Of a stretch of DNA of 51,201 bases, positions 1 to 8,755 are shown one piece after another. Made by a program: the position numbers and the translations under genes. The first letter of the stretch is position 1, and every line of letters begins with the position of its first letter. Below the pieces are notes generated by a model. It searched no databases. It was not told the DNA's origin and was given only the letters and a program-made list of their open reading frames with translations. Origin of the DNA: an uncultured Candidatus Peribacteria bacterium (lineage in GTDB: Bacteria > Patescibacteriota > Gracilibacteria > Peribacterales > Peribacteraceae); the NCBI GenBank assembly GCA_964428205.1, contig CAYRXE010000001.1, positions 1-51,201 of the forward strand, written 5' to 3'.

Positions 1-28
1 TGGTATTCACAGAATCAGGTCGGATAAG

Positions 29-56
29 TTGACCAAAATATATTACGTTTTACAGT
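29..56 (+). promoter_or_regulatory. sigma70-like promoter of the small membrane-protein gene
   Basis: TTGACC at 29-34, 16-nt spacer, TACAGT at 51-56. It is followed by GGAG (73-76), 6 nt before ATG 83. Confidence 0.4.
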
Positions 57-82
57 ATCAGTAGTTCATTTTGGAGTTTCGT

Positions 83-307
83 ATGCAAAGGCTCACGTTC
101 GGACAGCGATTCGTTATCTTCTTTGCGATCGTTGTTAGCGCGGCGTGCTTCGGGGTGCTGCTGAAAATCTACCAAGAAGTTCCTGTAGGAGCACCCTTGG
201 AACAACGCATTTTCTTAAATGCGATAGCCATGATCCCGTTGTTGATCCTGGGAGTCTGCCTGACGGTAGTCTTCCTGATTGTCGCAAGAAGGGATTCCAA
301 AAAATGA
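83..307 (+). CDS. small two-TM membrane protein (74 aa), function unknown
   Basis: ORF 71..307 trimmed to ATG 83 behind GGAG. Two hydrophobic stretches (FVIFFAIVVSAACFGVLL and AMIPLLILGVCLTVVFLIV). It has its own promoter and terminator. Confidence 0.55.
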   Translation: MQRLTFGQRFVIFFAIVVSAACFGVLLKIYQEVPVGAPLEQRIFLNAIAMIPLLILGVCLTVVFLIVARRDSKK

Positions 308-312
308 CTGAT

Positions 313-339
313 GCAGAGCCTACGGGCTCTGCGTTTTTT
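313..339. terminator. rho-independent terminator between convergent genes
   Basis: Perfect 8-bp stem GCAGAGCC (313-320) / GGCTCTGC (325-332), loop TACG, then T6 (334-339). It starts 5 nt after the TGA of 83..307 and abuts the stop of 338..1987. Confidence 0.7.
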
Positions 340-1987
340 AGTCCTTCTTCTTCTCCTCGTGATACACCATTTCTAGATTCACCTCCCATAGATTGGTTTT
401 ATCTGTGCGGCCTTCGATGATGTTATCGACCGCCATCATGGCTGTGAGCATGGAGTGGTCCTGGTTGTTGTAGCGGTGCATGCCGTTACGACCGATGAGG
501 AAGAGGTTTGGAATGTTGTTCACGTAATCCTGCACCACGCCGAGCTGCGTGTAGCTACCGATGTATGCGGGATACGCCTTTGGCATGCGCAGCACGCAGG
601 CGTCCACGAGGTCATTCTTTTTGGCAAAGCCGATCTTTTCCATTTCGCGAATACCCATGTCGATCAACTCTTGATCGGGCTTGATCCACAAATCCCCTCC
701 TTCGTTTACGAAGTACTCAAGGCCAATCCAAATGTGATTCTTGCGATCGGCCACCATGTACGGACTCCAGTTGTTGAAGATCTGGATGCGACCGACGCGC
801 ACACCGGCATCTTGAATGTAGATCCAGTTATCGGGCACATCGGCTGCGGGTTGCTTGCCCTTTTCTTCGACGTGGAGCTTTTTGAGGAGCAGACCTACGG
901 TGAGGAAATCGCGATACGAGAGGCCTTCGGCAACTTCTAACACAGAGGATGGAACGCGCGGTGTCATCATGCCCATAAGGTGCTTGATGGGCATCGTGGA
1001 GAAGAAGTAATCGCACTCCACGTCTTCTGTGTGACCGGTGTTCGTGTTCTCGAGAGTCACAGACGTGACTTTGCCATCGCGAGAGTGCACGGCGGAGACC
1101 CTCGTGTGCATTTTGATCTGACCACCACAGGCCTGCACGTGCTCCGCAACCGTCTCCCACATTTGGCCTGGGCCAAACTTCGGATAAAAGAAGCGCGTGA
1201 TGAGGCTTGTCTCACGTTCGGCCTGCTTCTTGGCGAAATCACTGCTGAGAAGATCTTTGACGGCATGCACGAGTGCGCGCTTGAGGGAGAGGCCTTTGAC
1301 GCGCTGAGCACCCCAGTCACTGCGGATTTGGTTTACCGGGACTCCCCAGACTTTCTCAGTATAGGCCTCGAAGAACGTCTTATACAGGCGATCGCCAAAG
1401 CGGTTCTTATAGAAGGCATCGAGGTAGGTTTCGTCTCTAATAGGAAACACTTGGCGCCAGATGTATGACATGCCAATCATGAATGTGTTCCAAAGGCCAA
1501 GCCTGCGCGCCACGAGGAGCGTGATGGCGATGGGGTATGGGAAGAAGTTCTTACTGAAGAAAATGCGTGATGTGCGCGGTCGCTGAAGCATCACGTTGTG
1601 TTCCTTCTCGGGATCGGGAGCCGGAACAGTGAGCGTGCAGGATTCATCCACCTGACCATCGGGCATGCACTGCTTGCACAAGTAGTGGATGGTCGCTTCT
1701 TTGGCGAACTCCACCGCATGACCCTTCTCAAGGTCATCCGCAGAAGGAGCACCTTGCAATGGCAGGATGTTGAACCACCAGTTCATCACGCGATCGATTT
1801 TGCTAAAGAAGCGGTGTCCGCCAATGTCGATGCGGTTGCCTTTGTAGTTGTACGTTTGGGCAATACCGCCAATGGCCGTCGTTGCCTCGCAGACGATCGG
1901 ATGAATATCGGTGCGCTTGAGGAGCTCATACGCAGCCGTGAGTCCAGCTGGGCCTGCCCCGGCGATGATGGCAATGCGCTTGGTCAT
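338..1987 (-). CDS. NAD(P)/FAD-dependent oxidoreductase (amine-oxidase / UDP-galactopyranose-mutase-like superfamily), 549 aa
   Basis: N-terminal dinucleotide fold [18 protein letters not shown]. Further motifs [18 protein letters not shown] and [15 protein letters not shown]. Its ATG directly follows the TAA of the GtrA-like gene. Confidence 0.85.
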   Translation of the reverse strand: MTKRIAIIAGAGPAGLTAAYELLKRTDIHPIVCEATTAIGGIAQTYNYKGNRIDIGGHRFFSKIDRVMNWWFNILPLQGAPSADDLEKGHAVEFAKEATIHYLCKQCMPDGQVDESCTLTVPAPDPEKEHNVMLQRPRTSRIFFSKNFFPYPIAITLLVARRLGLWNTFMIGMSYIWRQVFPIRDETYLDAFYKNRFGDRLYKTFFEAYTEKVWGVPVNQIRSDWGAQRVKGLSLKRALVHAVKDLLSSDFAKKQAERETSLITRFFYPKFGPGQMWETVAEHVQACGGQIKMHTRVSAVHSRDGKVTSVTLENTNTGHTEDVECDYFFSTMPIKHLMGMMTPRVPSSVLEVAEGLSYRDFLTVGLLLKKLHVEEKGKQPAADVPDNWIYIQDAGVRVGRIQIFNNWSPYMVADRKNHIWIGLEYFVNEGGDLWIKPDQELIDMGIREMEKIGFAKKNDLVDACVLRMPKAYPAYIGSYTQLGVVQDYVNNIPNLFLIGRNGMHRYNNQDHSMLTAMMAVDNIIEGRTDKTNLWEVNLEMVYHEEKKKD

Positions 1988-2431
1988 TTAGACAACCGGT
2001 GGAAGTTCCTCGATAGGCTGCTGTTCATTTTTGCGGAAGACGAAGGTATGCGACATGGAGTAATTCCACACCATGCCAACACCAATCGCGATACATCGAG
2101 CGATGAGGTAATGCACCCCAACGTGAATCAGCACCCACGTGATACAGAGATTGCTGACGATGGCGACTCCATACACAAACCCAAATTTGAGCATTTGAGA
2201 TCCGTACGCTTTGGAGCGATTACGGAAGGTGAAGAACTTGTTCCCAAGAAACACCACGACGATGGCAAGTGCCGTGGAATACACCGGAGCCAAGTAGTGC
2301 GACACACTAAAGTGCTCCACAAAAAGTGTGAGCGAGCCCAAGTCGACTGTGGCGCCAATGCCACCCGTCACACCAAACTTCCAAGCCTGGGAAATGTGCC
2401 GTCGGAAGCGCTCATGCGACAGAAAAGACAT
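1988..2431 (-). CDS. GtrA-family membrane protein (putative polyprenyl-phosphate-sugar translocase), 147 aa
   Basis: KFGVTGGIGATVDLGSLTLFV followed by 4 predicted TM segments, with the size typical of the GtrA family. Confidence 0.8.
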   Translation of the reverse strand: MSFLSHERFRRHISQAWKFGVTGGIGATVDLGSLTLFVEHFSVSHYLAPVYSTALAIVVVFLGNKFFTFRNRSKAYGSQMLKFGFVYGVAIVSNLCITWVLIHVGVHYLIARCIAIGVGMVWNYSMSHTFVFRKNEQQPIEELPPVV

Positions 2432-2437
2432 GCAGGC

Positions 2438-2443
2438 ACTCTA
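2438..2443 (-). promoter_or_regulatory. -10-like box TAGAGT, 6 nt upstream of the GtrA-like ATG (2431)
   Basis: Minus strand reads TAGAGT gcctgc ATG. No SD sequence. Confidence 0.45.
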
Positions 2444-2463
2444 CAGACATCAGGCGGCTATTT

Positions 2464-3375
2464 CTATCCCTTTACGATGTTCTTATCTTTGAGAAAAGCT
2501 GCGTAGGTGGCATGCAGTCCATCGTTCAGGCTGGTCCACGGGAAGCTTTGGAGCAAGGAATGAACGCCAGGCAGTGCGAGCTCATGCGGGCCTTCGGGCT
2601 TGCTGGTATCGAAGGTGATCTCGAGAGCGGGATGAACCAAGTCGCGGATCTTTGTTGCGAGATCCTTGATGAGGATGGTCTGTGGCGGACTTACGTACTC
2701 GGTTCCGGTGATGCCGTTTTCGTGAAGCAGCAAAGCAGCGCGCACAAGATCGGGAGCAAACAAGAACGGCCGCTTTTGATTTCCACTCCCCCACACCTCA
2801 AGCTGATGTGTGCTCGCTTTGGCTTTGACCATGAGAGCCGGGATCACATTGCCCTCGAGTGTGAAGTGATCACCGGGGCCGTACACATTCATGGGACGGA
2901 GTGTCAGGAGTGGGAAGCCGAGTTCGAGTGCCGCAGTACGGAAGATGGATTCGGAGAAGAGCTTCCCCAGCGCATACCCGTCCATGGGAACATCGACGGA
3001 TGGGAAACTCGTAGGAACCGTGGCACTGCTAAAGAACACGAGGGATGGCTTCGCTTTCACTTGTTTGAGGAGCTTCAGGAGCCCAAGCGTGAGCGCCAAG
3101 TTCCCTGTGAGAATCTCCTCTGCACGCTCACGGTGTACTGCCACGTTCTGTCGTACGGATGCTAAGTGAAACACCGAGTCGATGTCGGTGAGGATGGATG
3201 CGTCGCCGAAGGTCGCAAGATCGCCCTCGATCCAGGTGACGCCTGGCTGTTTGATCTCATGACGTCCCAGTACGCGAACATCTGCTCCTGCTTGTACGAG
3301 AGCATCCACCATGTGGTGCCCGATAAATCCCGTCCCCCCGGTTACGAGAACCCGGCGGCCAGTCCACGAGAACAT
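2464..3375 (-). CDS. NAD-dependent SDR epimerase/reductase, Fcl/ColC/Rmd-like (GDP-4-keto-6-deoxyhexose-acting by context), 303 aa
   Basis: VLVTGGTGFIGHH Rossmann motif, SSAT...YALGK catalytic set, and VWGSGNQKRPFLFAPDL resembling GDP-fucose-synthase-type enzymes. It starts 2 nt after the gmd stop. Confidence 0.75.
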   Translation of the reverse strand: MFSWTGRRVLVTGGTGFIGHHMVDALVQAGADVRVLGRHEIKQPGVTWIEGDLATFGDASILTDIDSVFHLASVRQNVAVHRERAEEILTGNLALTLGLLKLLKQVKAKPSLVFFSSATVPTSFPSVDVPMDGYALGKLFSESIFRTAALELGFPLLTLRPMNVYGPGDHFTLEGNVIPALMVKAKASTHQLEVWGSGNQKRPFLFAPDLVRAALLLHENGITGTEYVSPPQTILIKDLATKIRDLVHPALEITFDTSKPEGPHELALPGVHSLLQSFPWTSLNDGLHATYAAFLKDKNIVKG

Positions 3376-3377
3376 GG

Positions 3378-4415
3378 TTACGCAGGAAGGGTTACGCCCA
3401 CCTGAGCGGCATCTGCCTCCATCATGATGCGCGCGAGACTCTGCAGATTGGTCTTTGGCTCCCAGCCAAGCACCTTCTTTGCTTTCGATGCGTCGCCAAT
3501 GAGCAGCTCTACATCGGCAGGGCGATAGTACTGCGGATGCACCCCCACGATGACTTTGCCTGTGCGGGTGTCGATGTACTCCTCCTCCATGTCTGATCCC
3601 CTCTTTTCAAACTTGATGCCAGCGATGCCAAGACAAAGCTCAAGGAAGTCGCGCACGCGAATGGCTTCGCCCGTTGCGAGCACAAAGTCATCGGGTTCGG
3701 TGTGCTGGAGCATGCGCCACATTCCTTCGACGTACTCCGGAGCAAAACCCCAGTCGCGCTTGGCATCGAGATTACCGAGCATGAGCTTTTCCTGGAGACC
3801 GGCGAGCATGCGAGCGAGTGAGAGCGTGATTTTGCGCGTGACGAAGTTCTCGCCGCGACGTGGAGACTCATGGTTAAACAGAATGCCGTTCACGGCGAAC
3901 ATGTCGTAACTCTCGCGGTAGTTGCGTGTGAGGTAGAACGAATACGCCTTGGCACATGCGTAGGGACTGCGTGGGTAGAACGGCGTGTTCTCTGTCTGTG
4001 GCGTTTCTAATACCTTGCCGTAGAGCTCGCTGGAGCTGGCCTGGTAGAAGCGGCTTTTTACTTTGCTGGTGCGGAGTGCTTCGAGCAAACGTGCACAACC
4101 AATACCCGTCACGTCACCTGTGTACTCGGGGAGATCAAAACTGATGCCCACGTGACTCTGGGCAGCGAGGTTGTAGATCTCGTCGGGTTGTACTTCCAAA
4201 ATGATGTGCAGGAGAGAGCTTGAATCGGCGAGGTCGCCGTAGTGGAGCTTGAACGGCACTTTGTCTCCAGATTCGAAAATGTGATCAATGCGTCCACGAT
4301 TAAACGTGGAGGCGCGACGCACGATACCGTGCACCTCGTACCCTTTTTGGAGGAGGAGCTCTGCTAGGTAGGAACCGTCCTGACCCGTAACGCCGGTAAT
4401 AAGCGCGCGCTTCAT
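3378..4415 (-). CDS. gmd: GDP-mannose 4,6-dehydratase, 345 aa
   Basis: [65 protein letters not shown] and [11 protein letters not shown] are all hallmark Gmd blocks. Confidence 0.95.
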   Translation of the reverse strand: MKRALITGVTGQDGSYLAELLLQKGYEVHGIVRRASTFNRGRIDHIFESGDKVPFKLHYGDLADSSSLLHIILEVQPDEIYNLAAQSHVGISFDLPEYTGDVTGIGCARLLEALRTSKVKSRFYQASSSELYGKVLETPQTENTPFYPRSPYACAKAYSFYLTRNYRESYDMFAVNGILFNHESPRRGENFVTRKITLSLARMLAGLQEKLMLGNLDAKRDWGFAPEYVEGMWRMLQHTEPDDFVLATGEAIRVRDFLELCLGIAGIKFEKRGSDMEEEYIDTRTGKVIVGVHPQYYRPADVELLIGDASKAKKVLGWEPKTNLQSLARIMMEADAAQVGVTLPA

Positions 4416-4424
4416 AACGGGCGC

Positions 4425-4430
4425 AGTCTA
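4425..4430 (-). promoter_or_regulatory. -10-like box TAGACT, 9 nt upstream of the gmd ATG
   Basis: Minus strand reads TAGACT gcgcccgtt ATG, within the 41-nt gap after the upstream stop. Confidence 0.4.
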
Positions 4431-4456
4431 CTGGGTCGCTTGAACCCTAGCCAGCC

Positions 4457-6097
4457 CTAGCGAGTAACGGGAGCCCAGAGGCTCCATCCGCTGCCACTAC
4501 GCACCCTTTTGAGGTCACGAGTACTTGGCTTCCAATCTGGGCGCGTCTTCTCGTTCCAGAGAACGTAATCGACCTGATATGTATCCAATGCTGTACGGGT
4601 ATCACGGCGGACCTCTGCACAACGGTCTTCGATCTTCTGCACATAGGCTTCGTAGTTCGCTTGGGTCTCCTGACCACGAAGCACACGCAGATGTAATTCG
4701 GTTACGGGAATGAGCGTGGGTACGGGTGCGGGCAATGTGCTGTACATCTCCGAAGTGCAAAAGCGATCTGCATACTCTGCGTCACTGATGAGCAAGTGCC
4801 CGGTGTACTCGGTAAAGATGACGTCATGCTTGGTATGAATGGCGACGTTGTCTGCCGTATAGCGATCGGTGAGGACTGTTCCCACAGGTTCTCTGGAGAG
4901 GTATGTGAATGCACCGGCCACGTGCAAGTAACCAAGCTCTTGAGCACCTGACGGTGCACGTAAGGCGCGAACGCGTCCCCCGCTATCCCACATCGCTGGG
5001 ATGGCAAAGATCAGTGCGGCGATAACGGCGATGCTTCCTGCGATGGTCTTCCATTCTCCTTTAAGGATCACGCGTGCACAGAGCAGAGCTGCGGTGAGCA
5101 GGAAGTACGTGACGTAGTGCGACGAGAACGACATCACCTTCCCATGCACAATGGACTGCGAATACACGACGGCACTGGCGATACACAGGCACACGAGCGG
5201 GATCACTTCTTTACGCTCCCCTTTCTTCGTCCAGAGGATCACCGCAGCGACAGCGACGATGGCCGTGATGATGCTGCGAGGAATGGACTCGGGCCAATGT
5301 GTGTAGGCAAGACCTGCACGTGCGGAGGCTTCGGCGAAGAGCGGATTGACCGAGTGACCGAGCATCGTCGAGATGAAGGGCCACGCTGCAATGAGTACGG
5401 CAATCCAGAGCACAATCATGCTCTTGAGTCCCATGCGAGGAGACGCCTTGTAACCAAGGAGTCCTGCAAGACACAGGAGACCGGCAAATGCCCAAGCAAA
5501 TGTCCAACTCCACAGATACACGTACGTCAGGAGACCAAGAGAGATGCCGGCGAGAATTGCCTTGGGATACCTCGCGTCTTCGTACCAGCGCCAGAGGAGC
5601 AGTAAGGCAGTGAGAGTCGCCGGCAAACTCCATGCAGGGTGTGGGTACCGACGTGCGTACCCAATCGCAATGAAGAAGATCACGCTCGCAATACATGCCC
5701 ACCCAAACGGCACCCCCGCTCTACGAAAGAGCTGAGTGGAGAGTACGAGGACGAGTGGCGTGATGAAGAGCGTGACGAGAAGAGCTAGCCACGATGCATT
5801 GATGCCACTCCACGAAAACGCAACGCCGAGGATCCTCTCCATCCCCGCCTGCTGCAGACCGGGAGGTGGATTCCCCTGTGACCAAATGCCGTTACTTACT
5901 TGTCCCAGAGGATTCGTGAGACCTTCTTGTAAACGCACGAGATACATCGACTCATCTTCTCCTTTGTATGGGAGGAGTCCGTTGTACTTGTCGCTCAGCA
6001 AAAACTGAGCAGGCTGCAATGCCAGGATGATGAATCCAAAGGCATACAATGCGGTGAGGACGCCAATACGCGCTCGCTTCGTCATACCAGGCATCAT
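4457..6097 (-). CDS. polytopic membrane protein with C-terminal soluble domain, GT-C-like putative glycosyltransferase, 546 aa
   Basis: ORF 4457..6361 trimmed to ATG 6097, which forms an ATGA overlap with the upstream stop. About 10 or more hydrophobic helices. Loop-1 motif EDESMYLVRLQE resembles the ArnT/PMT DExxY motif. C-terminal region of about 170 aa is hydrophilic. Confidence 0.55.
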   Translation of the reverse strand: MMPGMTKRARIGVLTALYAFGFIILALQPAQFLLSDKYNGLLPYKGEDESMYLVRLQEGLTNPLGQVSNGIWSQGNPPPGLQQAGMERILGVAFSWSGINASWLALLVTLFITPLVLVLSTQLFRRAGVPFGWACIASVIFFIAIGYARRYPHPAWSLPATLTALLLLWRWYEDARYPKAILAGISLGLLTYVYLWSWTFAWAFAGLLCLAGLLGYKASPRMGLKSMIVLWIAVLIAAWPFISTMLGHSVNPLFAEASARAGLAYTHWPESIPRSIITAIVAVAAVILWTKKGERKEVIPLVCLCIASAVVYSQSIVHGKVMSFSSHYVTYFLLTAALLCARVILKGEWKTIAGSIAVIAALIFAIPAMWDSGGRVRALRAPSGAQELGYLHVAGAFTYLSREPVGTVLTDRYTADNVAIHTKHDVIFTEYTGHLLISDAEYADRFCTSEMYSTLPAPVPTLIPVTELHLRVLRGQETQANYEAYVQKIEDRCAEVRRDTRTALDTYQVDYVLWNEKTRPDWKPSTRDLKRVRSGSGWSLWAPVTR

Positions 6098-7503
6098 ATC
6101 CACTTCACTCGCTTGGCTCCACGCAAAAGGAGTTTGCCGAGCAATAAGCCGTGGCGGAACCTGCGGATCTTGGTGACTCCGTAGGTGCGCGGAAGATAAT
6201 GCACAGGGACTTCGCGCATCTTGAGCTGCTGCAGTGAACCTCCTAAGAAGAAGTCGAAGTCGCCAAAAGGATCGAGCCTGGAATCCATGCGATCGTAGTG
6301 CGCGCGGAAGAACATTTTGACCGGCGACAGTGTGTCGACAAGCTTCTGACGGAAGAGCCACGAGAAGAGCACGCTGAAAGTTTTATTACCAAGTAAGTTG
6401 AGGATGCGCATAGCACCTTCGTCCATCGGATAGACTAAGCGTGATGCATTCACGAACTCTGCTTTGCCACTCGCGAGGAGATCGTAGAGGCGTGGGAGTT
6501 CAGAGGGATGCACCGTGAAGTCACCGTCGTACACAAGGATGATGTCGCCTGTGGACGCTGCAGCTCCTGTGTGGAGGGCGTTCGCTTTGCCCGTGGCCGT
6601 CTGCTTGATGCCGCGGACTTTGACTGGGCCCGTGTGCTCGCGCGAGATGCGTTCGATTTCTTCCCACGTGCCGTCGTTGGAATGCCCTTCGGCGAAAATG
6701 ATCTCGGTGCTGGTTCCCATGACCGGCATGCTGTTGACGATCTGGGAGATGTTTCCTTTCTCGTTACGCACAGCGGAGAGCACGGTGACGGAATACTCCT
6801 GACGCGGAATCGTCATAGGACGGGCCACCATGTATTTCACGACGCAGAGCCTGCGTAAGAGTGGAAACGTCGCGAGGTATTTGTTGCAGAAGCGTGCGAT
6901 GAGAGGGATGGCAACGGGGAAGAGCATGCGCTCCCCTTCTTCGACGACTTCGAAGTCCGTGAGTGTGAGGAGGTTTCGAATGTCGTTACGTGAGAGCCAG
7001 TTCTGTTCTGGAAAGTGCGTCTTGATGCCGATCCACTCTGCAACGAGGAAGAGCGGAGCCCACAAGAAGTTCCAGTGCGTGATGATCACACGCGTGCGGT
7101 TGTGACACAGATGATCGCGGATGTTCTGGAGTGCGCCTTGTACGTCACGCAGGTAGTTGATGGTGTCGAGGAGCAGCACCACATCGTAGTGCTGGTGATG
7201 CGTGAGCTTGGTCACATCGTCTTGGATGTACTCGCCCTTGGGATCAGCTTCTTTGGCGAACTTGAGCATCTCGGACGAGAAATCGATACCTACCTTCTTT
7301 TCTTGAGAGAGATGACGAAGAACAGGAGCGATACCGCAGCCAAGTTCGACGATGGATGCGTCCTTTTGCAGAAAGACATTTAACCAGCGGAGCCTGTCTT
7401 GGTAATAGACGCGGTGTCTGCGAAGGTCCTTCGCGCGGTACGGAGCGAGTGCATCAAAAAATGCACGTGAGGATTCGCCGGGTACAGATGCTTGCGTGGT
7501 CAT
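6094..7503 (-). CDS. bifunctional class I SAM-methyltransferase / GT2 glycosyltransferase fusion, 469 aa
   Basis: N-terminal half has the SAM motif IVELGCGIAPVL...DVVLLLDTINYL. C-terminal half has VTVLSAVRNE..., GKANAL and a YDGDF DxD-type motif (Dpm1/GtrB-like GT2). ATGA overlaps at both ends. Confidence 0.85.
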   Translation of the reverse strand: MTTQASVPGESSRAFFDALAPYRAKDLRRHRVYYQDRLRWLNVFLQKDASIVELGCGIAPVLRHLSQEKKVGIDFSSEMLKFAKEADPKGEYIQDDVTKLTHHQHYDVVLLLDTINYLRDVQGALQNIRDHLCHNRTRVIITHWNFLWAPLFLVAEWIGIKTHFPEQNWLSRNDIRNLLTLTDFEVVEEGERMLFPVAIPLIARFCNKYLATFPLLRRLCVVKYMVARPMTIPRQEYSVTVLSAVRNEKGNISQIVNSMPVMGTSTEIIFAEGHSNDGTWEEIERISREHTGPVKVRGIKQTATGKANALHTGAAASTGDIILVYDGDFTVHPSELPRLYDLLASGKAEFVNASRLVYPMDEGAMRILNLLGNKTFSVLFSWLFRQKLVDTLSPVKMFFRAHYDRMDSRLDPFGDFDFFLGGSLQQLKMREVPVHYLPRTYGVTKIRRFRHGLLLGKLLLRGAKRVKWI

Positions 7504-8681
7504 GCGTCAGACTCTGTGATGGAACACAGGAGATCCACTTCTTCCTCCGTGAGATCAGGGTTATTCGGGAAGTAGAGACCTTGATGATGCACAATGCGCG
7601 ACTGCGGACAGTCTCCCACCGGGTAATGCTTCGTCCAAAACGGATGCGTGGTGATGTCGCCGGCAATCACTGGGCGTACTTCCACTCCTGCAGCCTCAAA
7701 ACGGGCGACACACTTGGCGAGTGCTTCGGGCGACACGGTAATGAGCGGCATGGCGAAGTTCGAGAGACGCTCAATGTGATCCACTTCGAGAGGAAGATAG
7801 AGATCTGGGCGCTTACGTTGTGAAGCATGGAAGCGCTCGAAGTTCTTTTGGCGTGTCACGATGGTAGCTTCGAGCAGCGGCATCTGGAGCGTGCCCAGGA
7901 ATCCCCCAATCTCGGTATTACGAGTATTGAACGCCTGTTCGTAAAAGGTGTAGCGCGCATGGAAGTCGCTCAAATGGTGCTGCGTACGCAGTTCCCGCTG
8001 ACGCTCCGGTGAGAGGTTTCTATCCCAACCGTGTGCTCTCACCATCACGAGCATCTCGTGGAGCTCGGAGTCATCGGTGCAGATCATGCCGCCTTCAATG
8101 GTGGAAAGGTGATGACCGACGAAGAAGGAGAACGTGGAAGCAAGTCCGAAGTTACCAAGCAATGTCCCCTTGTAGATCGTACCCAGAGATTCGCAGTTAT
8201 CCTCCAAGAGGAGGACGTTGTGCTTATCGCAGAGGGCGCGAATCGCATCAATATCTCCGCAGAATCCAAGCGCATTGGTAATGAAGAACGCCTTCATGCC
8301 TTTAATGTGCTTCTCCAGTTCCACTGCCGTCACGTTGAGGTGCCTGGTATCGCAATCGACAGGAACAGGCACGAGACCCAGCTGCATGAGCGGCATCACG
8401 TTCGTCGCCCAGGTGAGTACCGAGAAGCCCACCTTATCTCCTGGTTCTAGGTGCCCAAGGTTGAGGAGAGCTTGAATGAGCACGAGATTCGCGAGACTGC
8501 CGTTACCCACATACACCGCGTGTTTCCTCTTTTGGTATGTCGCAAACGCAGTTTCAAACGCTGCGCATTTTTCTCCCATGCTCAGGCGCGGTGCCGTGCG
8601 GATGAATTCTGCGAGTTGCTCGCGCGTACGCTCTTCGTCGAAGAACGTAGATCGCATGAGTGGAATGCGGGGCGATTTCAT
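7500..8681 (-). CDS. colD: PLP/PMP-dependent sugar 3-dehydratase of ColD/RfbH type (DegT fold with His replacing the Schiff-base Lys), 393 aa
   Basis: FSFFVGHHLSTIEGGMICTDDSELHEMLVMVRAHGWDRNL closely parallels the ColD block FSSFYSHHIATMEGGCIVTDD...IRAHGWTRNL as I recall it. The length is ColD-like and no C-terminal Fe-S Cys cluster was seen. Start moved to ATG 8681, which is preceded by TATACA plus 8 nt. Confidence 0.75.
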   Translation of the reverse strand: MKSPRIPLMRSTFFDEERTREQLAEFIRTAPRLSMGEKCAAFETAFATYQKRKHAVYVGNGSLANLVLIQALLNLGHLEPGDKVGFSVLTWATNVMPLMQLGLVPVPVDCDTRHLNVTAVELEKHIKGMKAFFITNALGFCGDIDAIRALCDKHNVLLLEDNCESLGTIYKGTLLGNFGLASTFSFFVGHHLSTIEGGMICTDDSELHEMLVMVRAHGWDRNLSPERQRELRTQHHLSDFHARYTFYEQAFNTRNTEIGGFLGTLQMPLLEATIVTRQKNFERFHASQRKRPDLYLPLEVDHIERLSNFAMPLITVSPEALAKCVARFEAAGVEVRPVIAGDITTHPFWTKHYPVGDCPQSRIVHHQGLYFPNNPDLTEEEVDLLCSITESDA

Positions 8682-8689
8682 GCAGGAAG

Positions 8690-8695
8690 TGTATA
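8690..8695 (-). promoter_or_regulatory. -10-like box TATACA, 8 nt upstream of the colD-like ATG 8681
   Basis: Minus strand reads TATACA cttcctgc ATG, in the 74-nt divergent intergenic region. Confidence 0.45.
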
Positions 8696-8743
8696 CGAAA
8701 AAACCCTGCACGCCCGCCTTTTGGCACAGTCAGCATTCTCGGG

Positions 8744-8749
8744 TAGCCT
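8744..8749 (+). promoter_or_regulatory. -10-like box TAGCCT, 6 nt upstream of ATG 8756
   Basis: TAGCCT tcgcgc ATG. Confidence 0.35.
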
Positions 8750-8755
8750 TCGCGC

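Noticed and set aside
1598-2506. 302-aa ORF on the plus strand spanning the oxidoreductase and GtrA genes
   Set aside because: It is antisense to two well-supported minus-strand genes, with low-complexity Arg/His-rich translation.
6098-6361. N-terminal extension of the ORF-track entry 4457..6361. The entries 11609..12664, 25687..27213, 27979..29127, 33911..35737, 40840..41604 and 44468..46066 have similar extensions.
   Set aside because: The extensions overlap the 3' ends of upstream genes in another frame, lack hydrophobic or domain character, and precede internal Met codons. Those Met codons coincide with canonical domain N-termini, stop-start overlaps or a -10-like box.
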